From the NCBI GenBank assembly GCA_015068465.1, contig SVKM01000001.1:1552-65551 (forward strand): 64,000 bases of DNA. The letters are read 5' to 3'. Shown in pieces: positions 1-8,105 of this stretch. The translations under genes were made by a program, and so were the position numbers. A model generated the notes under the pieces. The model ran no database searches. It was given only the letters and a program-made list of their open reading frames with translations, and was not told the DNA's origin. The DNA comes from Oscillospiraceae bacterium (GTDB taxonomy: Bacteria > Bacillota > Clostridia > Oscillospirales > Oscillospiraceae). The first letter of the stretch is position 1; each line of letters opens with the position of its first letter.

Positions 1-4
1 CGCG

Positions 5-2593
5 TTATTTCTTTTTTCTGTCGTACGGCGTGCCGTCCAGCGGCAGGCTGAACCGCCGCTCACCGTCGAGCCGGAAGTAGGCGTCCGCGATGGCGGGCGC
101 GGTGGGGATCGACGTGATCTCGCCGATGCCGATGGCGCCGTTCGCCATCTTGAGGCCGGGCTTGTCGACCACGATCGCCTTGACCGGCGGCACATCCGGC
201 GCGCGGAAGAGGCCGAGCGTACCGTACTTCGCCGTCGGCCTGCAGTTGTCGTCGATCGGGTACTGCTCGGTGAGCGCGTAGCCCATCGACATCACGACGC
301 CGCCCTCGATCTGCCCCTCGCAGGAGAGCGGGTTGACCGCTTTGCCGACGTCGTGCGCGGCGACCATCTGCTTGATTCTGCCGGTTTCCTTATCCAGAAT
401 GCACATCTGCGTGGCGTAGCCGTAGGCGACGTGCGACACGGGGTTGGGCACGTCCGCGCCGAGCGGGTCGGTCGCGGCGAGGTATTCGCCGTAGAACTCC
501 TGCCCCTTGAGGTCGGCGAGCGTCCTGCCCTTGAGGGCTTCGACCAGCTTTTCGCAGGCGCGGCGCACCGCCTCGCCCGTGATGAGCGTCTGGCGCGAGC
601 CCGAGGTGTCGCCGGAGTCCGGCGCGATCCAGGTGTTGCTGCGCTCGTAGACGATGTCGCCGGGGGCGATCCCCGCGTTGGTGACGACCATCTGCGTCAG
701 CACCGTGCCGAGCCCTTGTCCGATGCAGCTCGCGCCGGAGTAGATATGTACCTTCGCGTCGTCCTCGACGATCAGCTTTGCGCGGCCCCAGTCGGGAAGC
801 CCCACGCCGACGCCCGCGTTTTTCATCGCGCAGGCGAGGCCGACGGGGTCGCCGTTTTTGACCGCCTCGTCGTAGTACGGCTTGACCGCCTCGAGCGTTT
901 CGACCAGGCCGGTTTCGGGGCCGACGATCTGGCCGTTCGGCAGCACCTGCCCGGGCCGGATGGCGTTGCGGTAGCGGATTTCCCACGGCGAAATGCCGAC
1001 CTTGTCCGCCATCATGTTCAAAAGCGTTTCGGTGGCAAAGCAGGTCTGGGTCACGCCGAAGCCGCGGAACGCGCCGGCGGGCGGGTTGTTGGTATAGTAG
1101 GCGGTGCCGTCGATTTCGAAGTTTTCATAGGCATACGGCCCCGCGGCGTGGGTGCAGGCGCGCTCCAAAACCGGGCCGCCGAGCGAGGCAAACGCGCCCG
1201 TGTCGGACACGACCTTCGCCTTGACGCCCTGAATGACGCCGTTTTCGTCGCAGCCCATCGTAAAGTCCATCCACATCGGATGGCGCTTGGGGTGGACGAG
1301 GATCGACTCCGCGCGCGAGAGCTTGACCTTGACCGGCACCCTCGCGACATAGGCGATCAGCGCCGCGTGGTGCTGCACGGACATATCCTCCTTGCCGCCG
1401 AAGCCGCCGCCGACGAGCTGGTTTTCCACGAGGCAGTGCTCGTAGTCCACGCCGAGCATCGCCGCGCACTCGTGCAGCGTCGTGTGCGCGCTCTGGTCGG
1501 TGGTAAGCAGCTTCACGCCGCCGCTTTCCAGCGGCAGCGCCACGCAGCACTCCGGCTCCAGGAACGCGTGCTCCGTCCACGGGGTCTCGAAGTGCGCGGT
1601 GACGACGTATTTGCTCTTTGCGATCGCGCCCTCCGCGTCGCCGCGGGAAACGTGCTTGTGCGCCTGTATGTTGTTCTCGTCCGTTTCAAACACCAGCGGC
1701 GCGTTCTCCGCCGCCGCTTCGACGGGGTTATGCACCGCGCTGAGCACCTCGTACTCGACCTTGACGAGCTTCTTTGCCGCCTCCAGCGTCTCCTGATCGC
1801 GCGCGCACACGAGCGCGACCGCGTCGCCGAGGTAGTGCGTGATCTCGCCGACGGGAATCAGCGTCGGCTGGTCCTTCTTGATGTGTCCGACATAATTCTT
1901 GCCGGGAATGTCCTTCGCGGTCAGCACGCACACGACGCCGGGCAGCGCCTCCGCCTCGCTTGCGTCGATCGAGAGCACGCGCGCGCGGGGATACTGGCTG
2001 CGCACGGCGCTGCCGTAGCACATGCCGTCGACATAGACGTCGTCGGGATACTTTCCGTAGCCCTGCACCTTCTCCGCCACGTCGATGCGGTGGACGCGCG
2101 AGCCGACCTGATAATCGTCCGCGCCGGCGCCGGGGATCTTCCCCTCGCGAAAGACCTTCGCCGCGAGCAGGATGCCGTCGAGGATCTTCACATAGCCCGT
2201 GCAGCGGCAGATGTTGCCGCGGATGGCAAACGCCGCCTCCTCGCGCGTCGGGTCCGGATTCTGGTCGATGAGCCCCTTGGCGCACATCACCATGCCGGGA
2301 ATGCAGAAGCCGCACTGTACCGCGCCCGCCTCGCCGAAGGCGTAGGTATAAACGTCCTTTTCCCAATCGGAAAGCCCCTCGACCGTCACGACGCTCTTGC
2401 CGTCGAGCTTGTCGGTCTGCGGGACGCACGCCTTCGTCGCCTTGCCGTCGATCAGCACGGTGCAGGTGCCGCAGGCGCCCTCGCTGCACCCGTCCTTGAC
2501 GCTCGTGAGGTGCAGCGTGTCGCGGAGATACCGCAGCAGCTTCTGATTTTTCTCGACCGTGACGCTCTTGCCGTTCACCGTAAATTGAGCCAT
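5..2593 (-). CDS. xdh: Selenium-dependent xanthine dehydrogenase-type molybdenum hydroxylase (2Fe-2S domains fused to Mo-binding domain)
   Basis: 2Fe-2S motifs GCSEGACGTCTV and QCGFC...CRCTGY; Mo-site motifs GGGFGGK, AFRGFG, GQIEGG, GIGE. Start set at ATG 2593 (MAQFTVNG) behind GAGGT. Adjacent to selD/yqeB/yqeC. Confidence 0.92.
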   Translation of the reverse strand: MAQFTVNGKSVTVEKNQKLLRYLRDTLHLTSVKDGCSEGACGTCTVLIDGKATKACVPQTDKLDGKSVVTVEGLSDWEKDVYTYAFGEAGAVQCGFCIPGMVMCAKGLIDQNPDPTREEAAFAIRGNICRCTGYVKILDGILLAAKVFREGKIPGAGADDYQVGSRVHRIDVAEKVQGYGKYPDDVYVDGMCYGSAVRSQYPRARVLSIDASEAEALPGVVCVLTAKDIPGKNYVGHIKKDQPTLIPVGEITHYLGDAVALVCARDQETLEAAKKLVKVEYEVLSAVHNPVEAAAENAPLVFETDENNIQAHKHVSRGDAEGAIAKSKYVVTAHFETPWTEHAFLEPECCVALPLESGGVKLLTTDQSAHTTLHECAAMLGVDYEHCLVENQLVGGGFGGKEDMSVQHHAALIAYVARVPVKVKLSRAESILVHPKRHPMWMDFTMGCDENGVIQGVKAKVVSDTGAFASLGGPVLERACTHAAGPYAYENFEIDGTAYYTNNPPAGAFRGFGVTQTCFATETLLNMMADKVGISPWEIRYRNAIRPGQVLPNGQIVGPETGLVETLEAVKPYYDEAVKNGDPVGLACAMKNAGVGVGLPDWGRAKLIVEDDAKVHIYSGASCIGQGLGTVLTQMVVTNAGIAPGDIVYERSNTWIAPDSGDTSGSRQTLITGEAVRRACEKLVEALKGRTLADLKGQEFYGEYLAATDPLGADVPNPVSHVAYGYATQMCILDKETGRIKQMVAAHDVGKAVNPLSCEGQIEGGVVMSMGYALTEQYPIDDNCRPTAKYGTLGLFRAPDVPPVKAIVVDKPGLKMANGAIGIGEITSIPTAPAIADAYFRLDGERRFSLPLDGTPYDRKKK

Positions 2594-2643
2594 AGCGCAC
2601 CTCTTTGCAAATAATGCCAAAAATTTGTTAGGGAGCCTAAAGA

Positions 2644-2681
2644 ATTTTATTCATTATATCACACTCCTATTAAATTGCAAT
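2644..2681 (-). promoter_or_regulatory. Putative sigma70 promoter of xdh
   Basis: Minus strand reads TTGCAA-N16-TATAAT with a TG just upstream of the -10; AT-rich intergenic region; coordinates approximate. Confidence 0.55.
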
Positions 2682-2697
2682 CGGAAATCCGCCCCTG

Positions 2698-2721
2698 CGT
2701 GATACTTTCCGAAATATTACG
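2698..2721. promoter_or_regulatory. ModE-box-like palindrome, copy 1 (upstream of xdh -35)
   Basis: CGTGATACT-TTCCGA-AATATTACG; same 9-6-9 layout as the copies at 4115 and 7574. Confidence 0.7.
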
Positions 2722-2752
2722 AAAAGAGCCGCGCCCGAAGGCGCGGCTCCTT
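2722..2752 (-). terminator. Intrinsic terminator after yedF
   Basis: GAGCCGCGC/GCGCGGCTC stem followed by a U-tract on the minus strand. Confidence 0.7.
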
Positions 2753-2771
2753 GCATTTGGCGGAAAACCAA

Positions 2772-2978
2772 TCACTTTTTGAGCGTGAGCGTGTATTCGC
2801 CGTCCGCTTCGTCTACGGTGACGGTGTAGCCGACGGTCGCGGCATAGCGCGTGATGTTCTCCACGCACACCATGGCGTCGACCTTGACCTGCAATTCAGC
2901 GGGGCTGTTGCCGCGCTTGACGGCGTCCTGCACCATCACGACGGGGATGGGGCAGCTCTGGCCTCTTGCGTCGATCAT
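2772..2978 (-). CDS. yedF: TusA/SirA-family sulfur(selenium) carrier, YedF-like
   Basis: N-terminal IDARGQSCPIP motif; 68 aa; directly downstream of yedE. Confidence 0.85.
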   Translation of the reverse strand: MIDARGQSCPIPVVMVQDAVKRGNSPAELQVKVDAMVCVENITRYAATVGYTVTVDEADGEYTLTLKK

Positions 2979-2979
2979 C

Positions 2980-4080
2980 TTATTTGCCCTCCTTTTTGAG
3001 CATGGAAGAATTCAGCAGGGAAATGACCAGCAGCACGGCGAAGCCGATGAACACGGCGACCTTGCCGTTCGTGCCGACGCCGCCGACCTTGTAAACGCCG
3101 TCCGTGAGGCTGTCCGCGCTGCCGGCGAGCTTGAAGTTGTGCACGAACGCCGCGCCGACGAGCATGCCGAGCACGGTCACGGCGCTATCGCCGTTGCCCT
3201 CGCCGGCCAGGATCAGCTGGCGCAGCGGGCAGCCGCCCAGCAGCACGCTGCCCCAGCCGACGAGCACCATGCCCAGCAGGTTCCACAGCTCGCTGGAGTG
3301 GGCGATGGGCTGGGAGAGCGTCGAGAAGCCCGTGAACTTGCTCAGCACGACATTGCCGAGCAGCACGGTCACAAAGATCGCGCCGAAGCCGGAGATCAGG
3401 TTGAAGTCGCGGAACATCACGGCGTCGCGCATGCCGCCGACCATGCACAGCCTCGACTTCTGCGCGAGCGCGCCGACGACGAGCGCCACGAGCAGGGAAA
3501 CGAGCGCGGGCGCGTACTTCGAGCCGGGGCCGCTTTCGGAGAACGCGAAGAGCGCGGGCGCGGCGAGGAAGAGGACGAACAGCACGGCGAGCAGGCACGG
3601 CAGCGCGAAGCCCTCGGTCTTCGCGACCTCATAGGTGCGCTTGAGCGTGAAGCCCTTTTTGAGGAAGAACACGCCGATGAGGATGCCGATAAAGAAGCCG
3701 GCAAGCCCCACAAAGGCGTTGAGGTCGCCGCCGCCCATGCGGATGACCATGCGCAGCGGGCAGCCGAGGAACACCAGCGCGCCGATCATCACGAACGCGC
3801 CGAGAACGAAGCGTGTCGCGGGCGAGGAGCCGGCGCGCGCCTTAAATTCCTTCGAGGCGAGCGACATGACCGTCGAGCCGAGCACGAGGCCGACGATCTC
3901 GGGGCGGAAATACTGTACGGGCGCCGCGGTGTGCAAGTGCGTCGCACCCGCGATGTCGCGGATGAAGCACGCGATGCAGAAGCCCATGTTGGCGGGGTTG
4001 CCGAGCGCGGTGAGCAGCACCGCGGCGACGCCGACGACCACGCCGGAGACCAGCACCCAGGGGTTGATGCGTTTGGACAT
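2980..4080 (-). CDS. yedE: YedE-family putative selenium transporter
   Basis: Polytopic membrane protein with GFCIACFIRD, FLGCP and LLGGCP motifs; located in the Se cluster. Confidence 0.88.
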   Translation of the reverse strand: MSKRINPWVLVSGVVVGVAAVLLTALGNPANMGFCIACFIRDIAGATHLHTAAPVQYFRPEIVGLVLGSTVMSLASKEFKARAGSSPATRFVLGAFVMIGALVFLGCPLRMVIRMGGGDLNAFVGLAGFFIGILIGVFFLKKGFTLKRTYEVAKTEGFALPCLLAVLFVLFLAAPALFAFSESGPGSKYAPALVSLLVALVVGALAQKSRLCMVGGMRDAVMFRDFNLISGFGAIFVTVLLGNVVLSKFTGFSTLSQPIAHSSELWNLLGMVLVGWGSVLLGGCPLRQLILAGEGNGDSAVTVLGMLVGAAFVHNFKLAGSADSLTDGVYKVGGVGTNGKVAVFIGFAVLLVISLLNSSMLKKEGK

Positions 4081-4114
4081 TTTTCTCTTCTCCTTCCGGC
4101 CGCCCGTTGGCGAC

Positions 4115-4138
4115 CGTTATACATTCTAAAGTATCACG
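4115..4138. promoter_or_regulatory. ModE-box-like palindrome, copy 2 (overlaps yedE -10)
   Basis: CGTTATACA-TTCTAA-AGTATCACG. Confidence 0.72.
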
Positions 4139-4151
4139 AGGGAAATGTCAA
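4123..4151 (-). promoter_or_regulatory. sigma70 promoter of yedE-yedF
   Basis: TTGACA (4146-4151) - 17 bp - TAGAAT (4123-4128) on the minus strand. Confidence 0.75.
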
Positions 4152-4188
4152 GCGCCCGCCGAAGCGGGCGCTCTTTCTCTGTTCCGCC

Positions 4189-4835
4189 GCGCCGCGTCAG
4201 CAACCGCCGCCCGACGAGACGGTCACGGGGCGATAGTTGTCATCGTAATAGGTGTTCCGCTCCGAGGAATAGTAAAACCTGCGGCTCACGTTGCCGCAAA
4301 AAACCACATCGACCAACAGCTCTCTGCTCTCGCCCGCAGGAGTTATCATAGCTATTTGTTCTGTTTTTTGATGCGTCTTTTTGCAATACGGGCAATTCAA
4401 GCAATATATCGTCCCTCCCGGCAAGACTATAGGACGCCCCCCTGCGACGGCGTCCAGCATCTCGTCGGGCAGCTCGACGCCCGCCGCGCCCGCGAGCGCC
4501 GCCAGCTCGTCCATGCTCCTGCACTCCTTCACCGCGGCCTTCTGCTCGTCCGTGAGGCTGTCCCACATGCCCTCGATCGCGCGGTTCAGCTCGGTCATTT
4601 TATTCTCGTCCATGGTAGCAGCTCCTTTCTTTTTCAGCCGAAAACGCGACCGGACCCATCATGTTTTGCGGTGCAAAACATACGGAAACGCGCGTTTCCG
4701 ATCATCTTTCAATGATTGATACGCGGAACTATTCGATGTGGCAGCGATTTGGAAAAATCTTTTGCTGTTTTGAGTATATGGGAAATCTTTGCGGATTGCA
4801 AGGGGGAAATCGTACGGCAAAAGCGCCGCGTCAGC
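4189..4835. repeat. 13-bp direct repeat GCGCCGCGTCAGC at 4189-4201 and 4823-4835
   Basis: Exact 13-mer; each copy contains a minus-strand TGA stop (Nif11 gene and selD respectively). Confidence 0.8.
4197..4613 (-). CDS. Nif11-like leader / double-glycine RiPP-precursor-like protein with Cys-rich core
   Basis: Leader ...LTDEQKAAVKEC.SMDELAALA...GVELPDEMLDAVAGG followed by a core with CLNCPYC; RBS AAGGAG. Confidence 0.75.
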   Translation of the reverse strand: MDENKMTELNRAIEGMWDSLTDEQKAAVKECRSMDELAALAGAAGVELPDEMLDAVAGGRPIVLPGGTIYCLNCPYCKKTHQKTEQIAMITPAGESRELLVDVVFCGNVSRRFYYSSERNTYYDDNYRPVTVSSGGGC

Positions 4836-5868
4836 GCAGGAAAATGCGCTTGCCGCCGCGGTACGGCTCCGCCGTGCCGATGCGCTGCGCCGAGGGGACG
4901 GCGCCTTGCAGCTCGGCAAGCAGCGGCTCTGCGTCCGCGGGGTCGACGGCGATGAGCAGCCCGCCCGCGGTCTGCGGGTCGTAGAGGACGTCCTGGCGGC
5001 AAAGCTCCGTGTCGCCGGGGTCGACGTACGGCTCGGCAAAGCTGCGGTTGCGGTACATGCCCTCGGGCAATATGCCGATGCGCGCCAGCTCCACCGCCTC
5101 GGGCATGAGGTCGATCGCGCCGACGTCAAGGCGCAGCTCGACGTCGCTGCCCTGCGCCATCTCGAGGCCGTGGCCCATGAGCGAAAAGCCCGTCACGTCC
5201 GTGCAGGCGTGGACGCGGTACTTGACCATCGCGTCGCGCGCGGCGCGGTTGAGCGTCGTCATCAGCTCCACCGCGCGCGCCATGCTCTCCGCGGACGCCA
5301 TGCCGACCTTGGCGGCGGTCGTCAAAACGCCGATGCCGAGCGGCTTGGTGAGCAGCAGCACGTCGCCGGGCTTCGCGCCGCTGTTTGTCAGCACCTTGTC
5401 GGGGTGGACGAAGCCGGTCACGGCGAGGCCGTATTTCGGCTCGTCGTCCAAAATGCTGTGCCCGCCGGTGATGATCGCGCCCGCCTCGTACGCCTTGTCG
5501 TACCCGCCGCGCAAGATCTCATGCACCGCCTCGGCGGGCATGTCCTTCGGCACCGCCATGATGTTGAGCGCGAGCTTCGGCTCCCCGCCCATGGCGTACA
5601 CGTCGGACAGCGCGTTCGTCGCGGCGATCTGCCCGAAGGTGTAGGGGTCGTCGTGGATGGGCGGGAAGAAATCGACGGTCTGCACGAGCGCGAGGTCGTC
5701 TGTGACCTTGTAAACGCTCGCGTCGTCGCTCTTGTCGAAGCCGACGAGCAGATTGGGGTCGCGGCGCACCTTCATGTCGCCGAGCAGCTGCGCGAGCACG
5801 CCCGCGCCGACCTTCGCGCCGCAGCCCGCGCACTTGGCGAGCTTGGTGAGCTTGACTTCATTTTCCAT
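4831..5868 (-). CDS. selD: Selenide, water dikinase (Cys-type)
   Basis: CAGCGAK (TGC codons, no UGA), DDASVY, QTVDFF, ATNALSDVYAMGG, TDVTGF, DPQTAGGLL. Confidence 0.96.
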   Translation of the reverse strand: MENEVKLTKLAKCAGCGAKVGAGVLAQLLGDMKVRRDPNLLVGFDKSDDASVYKVTDDLALVQTVDFFPPIHDDPYTFGQIAATNALSDVYAMGGEPKLALNIMAVPKDMPAEAVHEILRGGYDKAYEAGAIITGGHSILDDEPKYGLAVTGFVHPDKVLTNSGAKPGDVLLLTKPLGIGVLTTAAKVGMASAESMARAVELMTTLNRAARDAMVKYRVHACTDVTGFSLMGHGLEMAQGSDVELRLDVGAIDLMPEAVELARIGILPEGMYRNRSFAEPYVDPGDTELCRQDVLYDPQTAGGLLIAVDPADAEPLLAELQGAVPSAQRIGTAEPYRGGKRIFLR

Positions 5869-6664
5869 GGTTCATCGCCTCAAAATGCAGAATTGCTTCC
5901 AGCACGCCGCCGGCGACGGCGAGCGCCTTGTCGGAAACGAGATCGCAGTAGCTTTTTTCGCCGCGCGGGTCGACGTCGCCGGATTTCATGCCCTGCTTCA
6001 CGCTTACGCCGTCGGCGAGCAGCCCGCGCAGCACGCCGGAAATGGTCGCCCGCATCGGCGCGCCCGCGACGAAGCCGACGGTTTCTCCCGCCTCGACGCG
6101 GTCGCCGATCTTGCGCGCGCTTTCAAATACGCCGTCCGCCGGGGCGCGCAGCACGCGCTCGCCCGCAAAGCCGCCGATAAGGCCGGGAATGTTGGTGTTC
6201 GGCAGCGCCGAGCCCGTATAGCAGACGCGCCCGAGCGTGTGCCCGCGCATCGTTTCCACGACCGCGTGGCAGTCCTTCCCCGCCGTAAAGCCCGGCCCCA
6301 CGCCGACCACGATCGGCGCGTCGGCGATCGACGTGCCGAGGTTGCGCTTGGCGAGGATCGCGTCCGCCAGCGCGTGCGGCTTGAGAGATACGCGGCAGGC
6401 GCAGTCCGGGTCGACGAGCACGGGAATGACGCCCTGCGCCCAATACGCGCGCGCTTCCTCCGGGCTGCCCGCGCGCCGCGCGGTCACGTCCTCGACCGTC
6501 TGCGCGCCGTTTACGACCGCGTCGGAAAACGCGACCGTGCGGCGGATGGTCGTCGGGCGCGCGATCTCGGTCATCGCGACCGAAAAGCCCGCGCGGTGAA
6601 GCCGCAGCGCGACGCCGCTGGCAATATCGCCCGCGCCGCGGATGAGAACGATCTTTTTATCCAT
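5858..6664 (-). CDS. yqeB: Selenium-dependent molybdenum hydroxylase system protein YqeB
   Basis: IRGAGDIASGVA, TIRRTVAF, ETMRGHTLG, GDVDPRG, SDKALAVAGGVLEA; start ATG 6664 (MDKKIV). Confidence 0.92.
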   Translation of the reverse strand: MDKKIVLIRGAGDIASGVALRLHRAGFSVAMTEIARPTTIRRTVAFSDAVVNGAQTVEDVTARRAGSPEEARAYWAQGVIPVLVDPDCACRVSLKPHALADAILAKRNLGTSIADAPIVVGVGPGFTAGKDCHAVVETMRGHTLGRVCYTGSALPNTNIPGLIGGFAGERVLRAPADGVFESARKIGDRVEAGETVGFVAGAPMRATISGVLRGLLADGVSVKQGMKSGDVDPRGEKSYCDLVSDKALAVAGGVLEAILHFEAMNHGK

Positions 6665-7322
6665 TCGTATAGACTCCTTTGTGAAGGCTGCCCAGCACGA
6701 CGGGCCGGTCCAGCAGCCCGGCGAGCGCTTTCGCCCGCTCATAGGCTTCGTCGGATTCCACCTTGTTGATGTAGACGCGGTCGCCGAGGTTTTCGGCGAG
6801 GATGACCCGCGCGGCGAGCGCCGGCGTCACGGCATCGGAAACGGAAGCGCCCGCGCGCTGCGCGTACAGCTCCGGGCGGTGGCAGACGGCGGAGATCGGC
6901 TTTCCGAAGCCGTCCGCGCCGACGAGAAGCACGACGCGCTGCGCGTTTGCCGGAACGACCGGCTCGTGCGGCGCGTGCGCCTTGAGCGGCAGGCGCTTCG
7001 CGCCGTCCGCCTCGACGAGCACATAGTCCGCGAGCGCCGCCAATTCCTCAAACGACGGCGCCGGCGCGGTCAGCTTGCCGTTTTCGACGGGCGTGCCGGC
7101 GCAGACGGCGCCGTGCGCCGCGAGCGCCGCGCGTATTGCCTCCGCGCCGCCGGTGACGAGCGGGTATTGCTCCGGGACAAGAATGTGCGTGGAGGTACAG
7201 AGGATGACGCGCCCCTTTTTGCGCAGTTCCTCCGCGAGCGCATAGAGAAGCGTCGTCTTGCCGCCGCCGCCGATGAGCGCGCTCACGCCGCGCCCGATGT
7301 TCAGAACGGATGAAACCTGCAT
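6657..7322 (-). CDS. yqeC: Selenium cofactor biosynthesis protein YqeC
   Basis: GGGGKTT, VEADGAKRLPLKAHAPHEPV; start ATG 7322 overlaps the DUF3343 stop. Confidence 0.9.
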   Translation of the reverse strand: MQVSSVLNIGRGVSALIGGGGKTTLLYALAEELRKKGRVILCTSTHILVPEQYPLVTGGAEAIRAALAAHGAVCAGTPVENGKLTAPAPSFEELAALADYVLVEADGAKRLPLKAHAPHEPVVPANAQRVVLLVGADGFGKPISAVCHRPELYAQRAGASVSDAVTPALAARVILAENLGDRVYINKVESDEAYERAKALAGLLDRPVVLGSLHKGVYTNG

Positions 7323-7558
7323 CACATCACCAACTCGTAGATCCCGGCGAACTCCACCTTTTCCGCGGCGAGCGCCTCCTCCAGCCGAGGCCGGGCTTCC
7401 GCGCCGGCGCACCATGCGATGCCGCAATCGGCGGACAGCGCGCGCGGCGCGGAGATCAGCTTCCCCTCCACCCCGCGCGCGCGGCAGACCTGCTCCGTCG
7501 CCATCGCCTCCGCCGTCGTATGGAAGGTGACGACGACGCACGGCTTCTTTTCCCTCAT
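7322..7558 (-). CDS. DUF3343-type small protein associated with selenium clusters
   Basis: VVTFHTTAEAM...PRALSADCGIAW pattern; first gene of the yqeC-yqeB-selD operon. Confidence 0.8.
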   Translation of the reverse strand: MREKKPCVVVTFHTTAEAMATEQVCRARGVEGKLISAPRALSADCGIAWCAGAEARPRLEEALAAEKVEFAGIYELVM

Positions 7559-7573
7559 TGTGAACTGCCTCCG

Positions 7574-7597
7574 CGTTATTCGCCAAAAAGTATCAAG
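7574..7597. promoter_or_regulatory. ModE-box-like palindrome, copy 3 (at +1 of the DUF3343-yqeC-yqeB-selD promoter)
   Basis: CGTTATTCG-CCAAAA-AGTATCAAG. Confidence 0.6.
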
Positions 7598-7600
7598 AGG

Positions 7601-7652
7601 ATTATAACAGACTTGTCCCCACTTTACAAGGGGCGGGAAAGTTTGCTATAAT
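7601..7652. promoter_or_regulatory. Back-to-back divergent promoters with overlapping -35 elements
   Basis: Minus strand: TTGTAA-17-TGnTATAAT; plus strand: TTTACA (7623-7628)-18-TATAAT (7647-7652). Confidence 0.6.
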
Positions 7653-7676
7653 CCCTAAAAAAGGAGGGATATCCGT

Positions 7677-8033
7677 ATGGAGAAAACACTTCGCGCCGTT
7701 GTGTCCGTCCGGCTGTTCACCGACCGGAAGAGCTTCGGACCCGGCATTGCGGAGCTGCTGCGCCGCGTGGACGAGCACCATTCCCTGCGCGCGGCGGCGC
7801 AGTCGATGGAAATGGCGTATTCCAAGGCGTGGACGATTACCAAAAACGCGGAAGAGGGGCTCGGCTTCAAGCTGCTCGTTTCCAGCACGGGCGGAAAGGG
7901 CGGCGGCGGCGCAACGCTGACCGGCGAGGCGCGGGAGTTTCTTGAGGCGTACGACCGTTACTGCGCCAAGCTTCGCGCTTACGGCGACAAGCTGCTCGAG
8001 GAAGAATTCGCGTTTTATCAACGCGCGAACTGA
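7677..8033 (+). CDS. ModE-family winged-helix regulator, N-terminal DNA-binding domain only
   Basis: FGPGIAELL, SLRAAAQSMEMAYSKAW, TGGKGGGGATLT; 118 aa with no molybdate-binding TOBE domains; RBS AGGAGG. Confidence 0.88.
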   Translation: MEKTLRAVVSVRLFTDRKSFGPGIAELLRRVDEHHSLRAAAQSMEMAYSKAWTITKNAEEGLGFKLLVSSTGGKGGGGATLTGEAREFLEAYDRYCAKLRAYGDKLLEEEFAFYQRAN

Positions 8034-8105
8034 CGGAAAGAAAACACCTGTGGAGCGGCGCCGGCTTTGCGCCGGAAACTGTGGACGAGGAGGCGAAGCA
8101 GCGCC

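Noticed and set aside
353-2614. Long antisense ORFs (353-2614, 13187-16219, 25083-28076, 28361-31063, 30544-34719, 41160-43289, 57847-60168, 61286-63313)
   Set aside because: They are shadow frames of real genes caused by high-GC codon bias; they have no RBS and no recognisable motifs.
4150-4202. Nif11 peptide ends Gly-Cys-UGA with a downstream hairpin, suggesting a Cys-Sec tail and SECIS element
   Set aside because: The TGA lies in the 13-bp repeat shared with the selD stop; the hairpin has a UUCG loop and abuts the yedE -35; TGA is the usual stop codon here; no Sec machinery is visible.
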